Shown here one piece after another: positions 27,241 through 37,469 of a DNA stretch of 64,000 bases. The notes under the pieces are model-generated. The model saw nothing but the letters and a program-made list of their open reading frames with translations. It was not told the origin of the DNA and searched no databases. Position 1 is the stretch's first letter. Every line of letters begins with the position of its first letter. The stretch lies in NCBI RefSeq assembly GCF_036321535.1, contig NC_087438.1:3970001-4034000 (forward strand), given 5' to 3'. Position numbers and translations under genes: made by a program. This DNA comes from Camelus dromedarius. Taxonomy: Eukaryota.

Positions 27241-28213
27241 GCAATTCCACAGAGTAAACCAGCTTGCTTCTTGGTCTACCTCCCACCCTAAGTAGAACTT
27301 CTGATTTCTTGCTTGCTCCTCTTCTTCTGGGCTAAGACTTGAACCCTCTTCTCTACATTCTCACTGAGCAGCATTAATACTGTCTCTTTTCATGACTTCA
27401 AGTACCATCTGAATGACTATGATTTTTCTTAATCTGTATCTACTGAGAAGCCAATGCCAAGATGGTACTAGATGTGCAAGACAATATAAGACGATTCATC
27501 CCCTGCACTAAGTAGCACTGCCACGCTCAGTGTGACAGCTGTGATTTGTCGGGAGTGGCTGCCCCCTCGCTGGACTGTATTTACCATAAGGGGGGTCAGG
27601 TCAGCTGTCCGTCCCTGGCATCTGGCACATCTGGACATAGTGGGCCTTCCATTTACTTCTATGGGCTAAATGAATAAAACACGCCTCACTAGAAGGTGGA
27701 AATGTGAGTCAGATCCTGAGAAAAATGGGTGGTATTGTACTTTGGGCTGTGAAATCAAGGAAGAACCCTTCTAAAGTGACAGAAGAGAAAGGGCTATCCC
27801 ACTAAAAGGCGTCACCCTTGCTTCCTGCACCATATGAGCTTATTCTCTGTTCTGAGGTTGCCAAAATCAAACATCATTCTTATCCTTAGAAAAGAGAGTG
27901 ATTTATTAGAATTAGCAGAAATTGAAACACTACCTTGGAAAATGCGTCTACAGGATTGTGGGTGGGTGTCCAGTACCTGGTGATCATTTTTCTGCATGGC
28001 TGCTCCAGATTTTCCTGTCTTCATAGAGTCATCCTAGAGCAGAAAAGACCACCTGGAGGTGGGGCAGGTCCTAGGGGAGGACGCTGCTCGTCTGGCCAGT
28101 GTCTGATTCAGGCACAAACAGGTGATTCAAGAACAGAGTTTAACAAGATTCGTTAGGCAGGTCCTGCTGAAGTGAGTTGCATGATCATTCACATAGAGCA
28201 CTGTCCTGCCTAC

Positions 28214-28585
28214 TGCTATGGACCAGATGACGTGTGTTCCCAAATTCATATGTTAAAACACTAAGTCCTGATGTGAGTGCTTGAAGGTGGAGCCTTTGGG
28301 GAGGGGTAATTAGGTTTGCATCAGGCTATGAGGATGGGGTCCCTGTGATGGGATTTGTGCCTTTATGGAAGAGGCCCCAGAGAGTTTCCTCACCCCTCTC
28401 ACTATGCGAGGACACGGTGCGCAGACAGCCATCTATGAACCAGGAAGGGGGCTCTCACCAGACATTAAATCTGCTGGTGCTTTGAGCGTGGATTTTAGCC
28501 TCCAGAGCTGTGAGAAGTGAGTCTCTGTGGTTGATAGGCCACTCAGCCTACAGTGCTTTTGTTATGAGTCTGAATGGATGAAAAC
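28214..28585 (+). mobile_element. MaLR LTR (MLT1A/B-like)
   Basis: Starts tgctatggac...cccaaattcatatgttaaa; contains gaggacacgg...gaaccaggaagggggctctcaccagac...cctccagagctgtgaga; homologous to the LTR at 31724/37914. Confidence 0.8.
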
Positions 28586-29748
28586 GAGGGAATCTGACCT
28601 AATGAGAGGAACCAACAAGACAGATACCCCTGGTAACTGAGCTGTGTGTAAGTTGCTAAGTCAGGAGTGAAGGCAGAACCAGCACACTCGGGAGGCAAGG
28701 GCAGCAAATGTGAAGACCTCAAGAAGGGAAAAGCAACAGAACGGAGCAGCTCTGCACATCAGGTGACCTGTGGGCACTGGGTCAGACCCAGGACTGGTAG
28801 GCGTAGTGGTGGGTAACAGGCGCTGTTGGGAGCAGATGCCACAGGCAGAGCTCAGCTTTGTAGGAAGGACCTTGTCTAAAAGCGAGTGCCCAGGGTGGTG
28901 AAGCTCCCCAAATGGGTGGCTGGTGTTAACATTTATCAGAGGCTGATTGGTCTTCAAAAGTTTAAGCAGAAGTTGGACCTCTGCTCATGAATAGAGAGGC
29001 ACGTTTGAAATGAGACCTCTGGTTCAATTGCAAATCGAAGATTCTGCTTTGATAGGGTCACATGTACAGTTTTCACATGATCATATACAATATCAAGTAG
29101 CGACCATCCATTGTACTGTCACGTGACAGGTGAGCTTGAGAGCTTCTGCTCTCTTCGGTTTTTAAGAGCACATGACACATTGATTGAAGACATGACAAAG
29201 TATCTACCACCCCTTCCAGAATGTCCTGTGGACTTGCAGAAGTTACAACACTTTCCCTCTTGGGTTGGAACTGAGCTTTTCTTTGCTTGGTATCCGTGGT
29301 GGCTTCCTTCCTGTTTGAGGCAGCGGAGTACCTCGGAAAGAACCATGAAGTGTCGGAGGAGACTAGCTTCTGGTTCAGCCGAACATGGGCTGTTTAGAAC
29401 CTAGGGGGGCAGTTTTTTAATATGTACAAGAGTGAAATTCAAGTGAAATGTCTCACCCTTTCACTGTAACCCAGTTCTTTGCACATCAATCCTACATGAT
29501 TCCCACGGCAACCCAAAGGGTCCAGCCTGGAAGGTTTTAAACCTGAGAGTGTGTGCCTTCACGGGAGCAGGAATGGCCAGCCAGCACATCCGCTCGTGAG
29601 GAATTTATCTAGAATGAACAGCCTTGATGCACCTGGAACCCTCCAGAGAGATTCTTCCTGTCCCCTCCCTGTGAGGCTGGGTGAGGAACTGGTGGATCAC
29701 AGTTTCCCTCTGAGCTCAGGATTCAAGGATGTCAATTAAAGTAACTTT

Positions 29749-29860
29749 TTCATTACTGAAGTATCATTGATGTATAATATTATATAAGCTTTAGGTGTAC
29801 AACATAGTGACTCACAATTTGTAAAGTTTATAGTCCCTTCACAGTTATTATAAAATATTA
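29749..29860 (-). mobile_element. 112-bp L1 3'-end insertion with perfect 15-bp TSD
   Basis: aattaaagtaacttt at 29734-29748 and 29861-29875; the insert is an antisense L1 terminus (ggtgtacaacatagtgactcacaattt). Confidence 0.85.
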
Positions 29861-32347
29861 AATTAAAGTAACTTTAAATCTAGTGTTGCACCATTTTCTC
29901 TGTGACAGTTGTTTTATAGAATACAAAAATAAAACATTTAATCAGGAATCTGAAAAAAAGTAAAGGTCACTGTAGATCTGTAAGATAGCCAAGATCTGTG
30001 GAAGAATTATGTTCTATGACTAATGCACGATTCTAGTGAGAAAATTAGGAATCTCCTGAGTCTGGCCTCTTCCTTCGCTCCAGTCCCAATTGAAAACATA
30101 TCTCTCCACAGAGCCTATGTTCCTGACAACTACCCTGTTATAGAAGAGCATGAATTGAAGAAATTATACAGTAGGTTTAAAATTTCAATGTGTTTCTGTC
30201 AAAGAAATGAATCCCTAATGGTGGACTTTTTAAAGAACACATCTCCTGGGTGTTTGAGGAGGAGTTTGCTTTGGGACCCTTCCATTTACATCTTCTAGTT
30301 GTGTCTCCCTGGGAGAGTGCCGGGACAGGGAAGAAATCTCCCTGTCCACTGACTACCAGGGCTCGAGTAAGCCAGGGACACTCAAACTTCCCAACTACCA
30401 GATTCAACATGACTTTTCAAGAGGCTTTGGCATTTTCCACCAAGCCAGTGGGGGGAGGGTTTGGATATGGACTCAAGATCTGGACCCGCCTTCTGTTCGG
30501 GTTTGACTCACACCGTGATGTATCCCGGATCATGCCAATTGTTCTGCCCTCCGTGCCTCCTGAGATGTAAAGCTGATGTTTTAAAGAGTCACTGGATCCT
30601 GTCAACTCTGGGCGTTGGGCTGGGCGGCTTCAGTAGCAAACACCAGGCTGACCATGGGGTCTCTGGCTTGGAGGCATTGTTTGAACATCAACAACGTAAC
30701 GCATGACCAGTCTCCACTCTCCTCTCCTGCGTCTGTGCTTCCTGGGCGAAAATAATTGCAAAGAACACCTTTTAAATGTGCAATAATGCCTGTATTGCAA
30801 GACATAACTCAGCTCACATTTTTGACAGATTCATAATAACTTAGTTAAAAAAGCAGCATGTTGGAAAGATTGTTGTGAGAAATTGTAATAATATAAAAAT
30901 GAGGCTGATATAATTACAGGGTTTTATGAAGTGCGCATTCAAGTGCTGTCTTTCCAACCAGAGGGCGGGCCGTGGATGTGGAAGGCTGATGGACAGATGC
31001 GTGTGGGAGAGGGAGTGGTTGTTCCTATGTGGGGAAGGCAGGTGGCACCCTATTAAAGCCTACCTGTTGTGGAACTGTCAGGTCTTCAAACACTTAGCGT
31101 ATCTACTCTGTCAAAAAAGTGACAACGAGAAACATTCCAACCAGAGAAGTTTCCCCTAAGGTGTGTGCTTGGGGTCATCGAGCACTGAATTTGACTCAGA
31201 ACTCACCCCTCTGTTCTACTAAATGCATAACCCAGTTCTGTTTCAAGTGTATCTCCCATGAAAGGAGCTTTGTCAAAGAATCATGATGCCACTGGGGACT
31301 AATTCTTGTGGGAAGATTAAGAATGCTTTGCTTCAGGGATAAGTTAAAATGATGAGATAAACATTTTGCATATACTGCTTTGGATATTATACAGAGCACT
31401 ACATATTTACTATTTTTTCTGTGTACTTTGATATTTGTTACTCTAGTATTAGCAGAGATGAAAAATCCAATGTGAAAACTGAGGAGTGTTATAGAAAATC
31501 CAGTTTTCCGTTTGGTGACAGTGAACACATTATGTGAGCTCCAGCAGTACAATGACAGAGGAGGTGAACTTGGCGTCACAGTTTAGTTCCAGCCCATGTT
31601 TATTCCTGAGAGTCTCCCGGGCCATCCACAGGGGTCCTGACCACACAGCACACGTACCGCCAGCCTGAGGATGTTCCTTTAGATGAACGGAACCCTCACC
31701 TACAGGAGCTAGAGGTGAGGGTGTGCTATAGACTGAATGTTCGCATCCCCTCAAAATTCATATTTAAACGCTGGAGAGGGTGTGAAGAAAAGGGAACCCT
31801 CCTACACTGTTGATAGGAATGTAGTTTGGTGTAGCTGTTATGGAAAACAGTATGGAGATTCCTCAAAACACTGAAAATAGACTTACCATATGATCCAGCA
31901 ATCCCACTCCTGGGCATCTATCTGGAAGGAATTCTAATTCAAAAAGATACATGCACCCCAATGTTCATAGCAGCACTGTTTACAGTAGCCAAGACAACCT
32001 AAATGTCCATCAACAGATGACTGGATAAAGAAGTTGTGGTATATTCACACAATGGAATACTACTCAGCCATAAAAAGAATAAAATAATGCCATTTGCAGC
32101 AACATGGATGGAACTGGAGATCGTCATTCTAAGTAAGCCAGAAAGAGAAAGAAAAATGCCATGTGTTACCACTCATAAGAATCTAAGAAGAGAAAAAAGA
32201 AGACACTAATGAACTCATCTACAAAACAAAAACAGACTCACAGACATAGTAAACAATCTTATGGTTACCAGGGGGAAAGAGGGTGGGCAGGGATAAATTT
32301 GGGAGTTCAAGATTTGCAAATATGAACTACTACATATAAAAATAGAT

Positions 32348-33535
32348 TTAAAAAAACCAAATGTCTTCTGTACAGCACAGGGAACTATATTCAATACCTT
32401 GTAATACCAGAGGTCTGTCGATTTTATTTACTTTTTCAAAAAACCAGCTTTTGGTTTGGTTGATTTTTTCTATGGTCTTGTTAATCTCTATTGTATTTAA
32501 TTCCTCTCTGATCTTTATTATTTCCTTCCTTCTGCTGCTTTTTGGGGCTTTTTGTTCTTCTTTTTCTAATTCATTCAGGTGGTGGGTTAAATTGTTTATT
32601 TGAGATTGTTCTTCTTTTTTGAGGAAGGCCTGTATCGCTATAAACTTCCCTCTTAGCACTGCCTTTGCTGTGTCCCATAGGTTTTGAGTGGTTGTGCTTT
32701 CATTATCATTTGTCTTAAGGTATTTTTTAATTTCAGCTTTGATTTCCTCATTGATCCATTGTTTTTTCAATAACATATTGTTTAATCTCCATGCTTTCCT
32801 TTTTTTCTCCTTTGTTTCTCTGTTGTTGATTTCCAGTTTCATGGCATTGTGGTCAGTAAAGATGCTTGAGATAATTTCTATCTTCTTAAAATTGTTGAGG
32901 TTTCTTTTGTGCCCAAGTACATGATCGATCCTGGAAAATGTTCCATGTGCACTTGAAAAGAATGTATATCCTATTTTTGGGGGGTGTAATGCTCTGAAAA
33001 TATCCACCAAATCTAGTTTTCCTATTGTAGTATTTAATTTCTCTGTTGCCTTGTTTATTTTCTGTCTGGAAGATCTGTCTAGTGATATTAATGCAGTGTT
33101 AAAATCTCCAACTATGATTGTATTCCCATCAATATCCCCCTTTATCTCTGTTAGTAATTCTTGTATGTACTTAGGTGCTCCTATATTGGGTGCATATATA
33201 TTAACGAGTGTAATATCCTCATCTTGTATCACTCCTTTAATCATTATAAAATGTCCTTCTTTATCTTTCTTTATGGCCTTTGTTTTAAAGTCTATTTTGT
33301 CTGAAATCAGTACTGCAACACCTGCTTTTTTGGCTTTTCCATTTGCATGGAATATCCTTTTCCATCCTTTCACTCTCAATCTATATGTGTCCTTCTCCCT
33401 AAAGTGGGTCTCTTGTATGCAGCATATTGAAGGTTCTTGCTTTATTATCCAGTCTGCCACTCTGTGTCTTTTGACTGGAGCATTTAGTCCATTAACATTT
33501 ACAGTAATTAATGATAGATGTGTGTTTATTGCCAT
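32348..33535 (-). pseudogene. L1 ORF2p N-terminal part (APE-like endonuclease), 376 L1 codons plus a 19-aa read-through tail
   Basis: Motifs NVNGLN, QETH, YAP, GDFN, SRIDH and TDH. L1 homology ends at KIDRPL (32407); the tail VLQGIEYSSLCCTEDIWFF is read from the TSD and host. Confidence 0.95.
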
Positions 33536-33940
33536 TTTGAACTTATCTTTGCAGTTGAATTGGTATATCCTCTTTGTTCCTTTCTTCTTCCTTTTGTGGT
33601 TTGGTAATTTTCCTTTGTATTATCATGGATTTTATTTAATTTTTGTGACTCCTTTGTAAATTTTTGGCTTGTGGTTACCCTTTTTTATAAATCTATCAAC
33701 CCATTACTATAACTGTTTTTATTAAACTGATAGTAACATGATCTCAAACCCATCCTACTGTTAAAAAAATTTAAAAAAGAAAGAAAAAAAATATTCTATA
33801 TTTCCCTGCCTCCCTCTCCCACTCTCAGTGATTTGTATGTCTTCTTTTATAATTTCATGTTTACTTTATTTGTAATTCATGAGTTATCACCTTTCCAGTT
33901 GTGTGTTTCTCATTTCTGTAGCATCCTGCTGCTTTTATAT

Positions 33941-34800
33941 TTAGAATAGCCCTTTCAATATTTCTTTTAGCATGGGTTTAGTGTTGCTAAACTCCTGCAG
34001 CTTTTTTTTTTGTCTGTGAAACTCTTTATTTCTCCTTCTATCCTCAAGGGTAGCCTTGCTGGATAAAGGATCCTAGGCTGCATCTTTTTTTCATTCAGGG
34101 CTTCGAATATATCTTGCCACTCCCTTCTGGCCTGTAGTGTTTGTGTAGAGAAATCAGCTGAGAGCCTTATGGGGGTTCCCTTGTAACTTATTCTTTGCTT
34201 TTCTCTTGCTGCCTTTAGAATCATTTCTTTATCCTTGACTCTGGCCATCTTGATTATGATATGTCTTGGTGTGGGTCTATTTGGGTTCTTCCTGTTTGGG
34301 ACCCTCTGAGCTTCCTGTACTTGGATATCTGATTCCTTCTTTAAGTTTGGGAAGTTTTCAGTCATGATTTCTTCAAAAACCTTTTCAATCCCCTTTGATC
34401 TTTCTTCTCCTTCTGGGACCCCTATTATGCAAAGATTGGGACGCTTTATATTATTCCATAGGTCCCTTATGCTATTTTCATTATTTTTTATTTGCTTCTC
34501 TTGTAGTTCTTCTGAATGGGTGCTTTCTATTGCCCTGTCTTCTAGATCACTAATTCGTTCCTCTGCATTATCTAGTCGGCTTTGCACAGCTATTAGATCA
34601 TTCCTCATCTCTGTCAATGAGTTTACCCATTCTACTTGGCTCTTCTTTATAGCTTCAATTTCATTTTTGACATATTTTATATCTCTAAACACTATCTCTT
34701 TTAATTCCTTCAGCAATTCGATCACTCCTTTTTTGAAATCTTGATCTAGTAGGCTATCGATGTCTATTTCATTGATCTTTCTTTCAGGGGATTTCTCTTG
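33941..34800 (-). pseudogene. L1 ORF1p, N-terminally truncated and frameshifted near the C-terminus
   Basis: Open from 34800 ([11 protein letters not shown]...) through the coiled coil, RRM (IKRPNLCIIGVPE) and CTD (ARREW, YPARL). A T10 run at 34002-34011 shifts the frame; the other frame gives LQEFSNTKPMLKEILKGLF and a stop at 33941-33943. Confidence 0.93.
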
Positions 34801-37469
34801 CCAAACTCACAAAGAAGAAAAAAAAGAGAGCACAAATTAGCAAAATAAGAAAGGAAAATGGAGAAATTACAACAAACAAAAAAGAAATACAGAATATCAT
34901 ACAAGAATATTATGAAAAATTATATGGAACCAAACTGGATAACCTAGAGGAGATGGACAAGTTTCTGGAAACATACTGTCCACCAAAACTGGATCAAGAA
35001 GAATCTGAACACTTGAACAATCCGATCACTAGAAAGGAAATAGAAATAGCAATTAAAAACCTCCCTACAAATAAAAGTCCAGGACCGGATGGCTTCACCG
35101 GGGAATTCTACCAAACATACAAAGAAGAACTCATACCAGTCCTTCTCAAACTCTTCCAGACGATTGAAAAGGAGGGAATACTCCCAAACTCATTCTATGA
35201 AGCCACCATCACCCTGATACCAAAACCAGGCAAAGACACTACAAAAAAAGAGAATTATAGGCCAATATCACTGATGAACATAGACGCCAAAATCATCACC
35301 AAAATTTTAGCAAATAGAATCCAACAACACATAAAAAAGATTATACATCATGACCAAGTGGGGTTCATCCCAGGGCCACAAGGCTGGTTCAACATACTTA
35401 AATCAATCAGTGTAATACATCACATCAACAAGACAAAGGACAAAAACCACATGATCATCTCAATCGATGCAGAAAAAGCATTTGATAAAATTCAACACCT
35501 ATTTATGATAAAAACTCTTGCCAAAGTGGGTATAGAGGGAATATATCTCAACATAATAAAAGCTATATATGACAAACCTACAGCCAGCATAGTACTCAAC
35601 GGTGAAAAACTCAAAAGCTTCCCACTAAAATCTGGGACAAGACAAGGATGCCCACTATCACCACTCCTATTCAACATAGTCCTGGAAGTCCTAGCCACAG
35701 CAGTCAGGCAAGAGAAAGAAATAAAAGGGATCCAAATTGGAAAAGAAGAGGTAAAAGTGTCATTATATGCTGATGACATGTTACTATATATAGAAAACCC
35801 TAAAAGGTCCACACAAAAGCTACTAGAGCTGATTGAAGAATTCAGCAAGGTAGCAGGTTACAAAATTAACGTTCAAAAATCAGTTGCATTTCTTTACACT
35901 AACGATAAATCAACAGAAGAAGAAAGTAAAGAAACAACCCCCTTTAAAATAGCACCCAAAGTAATAAAATATCTGGGAATAAATCTAACCAAGGAGGTGA
36001 AAGAATTATACACAGAAAACTATAAACCATTGATGAAGGAAATTAAAGAAGACTTTAAAAAATGGAAAGATATTCCATGCTCTTGGATTGGAAGAATCAA
36101 TATTGTTAAAATGGTCACACTGCCCAAGGCAATCTACAGATTTAATGCAATCCCTATCCAATTACCCAGGACATATTTCACAGAACTAGAAAAAATCATA
36201 ATAAAATTCATATGGAACCATCAAAGACCTAGAATTGCCAAAGCATTACTGAAGAGAAAGAAAGAGGCTGGAGGAATAACTCTCCCAGACTTCAGACAAT
36301 ACTATAGAGCTACAATCATCAAGACAGCATGGTATTGGTACCAAAACAGACATATAGACCAATGGAACAGAATAGAGAGCCCAGAAATGAACCCACAAAC
36401 TTTTGGTCAACTCATCTTTGACAAAGGAGGCAAGAATATACATTGGAATAAAGACAGTCTCTTCAGCAAATGGTGTTGGGAAAACTGGACAGCAGCATGT
36501 AAAACAATGAAGCTAGAACACTCCCTTACACCATATACAAAAATCAACTCAAAATGGATTAAAGACTTAAACATAAGACAAGATACAATAAACCTCCTAG
36601 AGGAAAACATAGGCAAAACATTATCTGACATACATTTAAAAAATTTTATCCTAGAAGAAATAGAAGCAAGAATAAACAAATGGGACCTAATGAAACTTAC
36701 AAGCTTCTGCACAGCAAAGGAAACCAGAAATAAAACAAGAAGAAAACCTACGGAATGGGAGAAAATTTTTGCAAGTGAAACCGACAAAGGCTTGATCTCC
36801 AGAGTATATAAGCAGCTCATACGACTCAATAAGAAAAAAATAAACAACCCAATCCAAAAATGGGCAGAAGACCTAAACAAGCAATTCTCCAAGGAAGACA
36901 TACAAATGATCAAAAAGCACATGAAAAAATGCTCAATATCACTAATTATCAGAGAAATGCAAATCAAAACTACAATGAGGTATCACCTCACACCAGTCAG
37001 AATGGCCGTCATTCAAAAATCCACAAATGACAAATGCTGGAGAGGCTGTGGAGAAAGGGGAACCCCCCTACACTGCTGGTGGTAATGCAGTTTGGTGCAG
37101 CCACTATGGAAAACAGTGTGGAGGTTCCTCAAAAGACTAGGAATAGACTTACCATATGACCCAGGAATCCCACTCCTGGGCTTGTATCCAGAAGGAAATC
37201 TACTTCAGGATGACACCTGCACCCCAATGTTCATAGCAGCACTATTTACAATAGCCAAAACATGGAAACAGCCTAAATGTCCATCAACAGGTGACTGGAT
37301 AAAGAAGAGGTGGTATATTTATACAATGGAATACTACTCAGCCATAAAAACCGACAACATAACGCCATTTGCAGCAACATGGATGCTCCTGGAGAACGTC
37401 ATTCTAAGTGAAGTAAGCCAGAAAGAGAAAGAAAAATACCATATGAGATCGCTCATATGTGGAATCTAA
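34801..37469 (+). pseudogene. L1 ORF2p C-terminal part (reverse transcriptase and Cys-rich domain) with one nonsense codon
   Basis: [28 protein letters not shown] (35766-35777), KYLG, CWRGC...HCWW. TAA at 37083-37085, then the same frame continues LVQPLWK...LICGI to the stop at 37469. Confidence 0.96.

Noticed and set aside
32361..36967. Long hydrophobic ORFs antisense to the L1 ORFs (33051-33659, 34364-34744, 36407-36967 and others)
   Set aside because: They are shadows of A-rich L1 coding sequence, with no independent evidence of being genes.
33536..37085. Divergent endonuclease and RT ORFs as a novel two-gene retroelement system
   Set aside because: The two halves rejoin exactly into one L1 ORF2 inside a single TSD pair, so a 5' inversion explains the layout.
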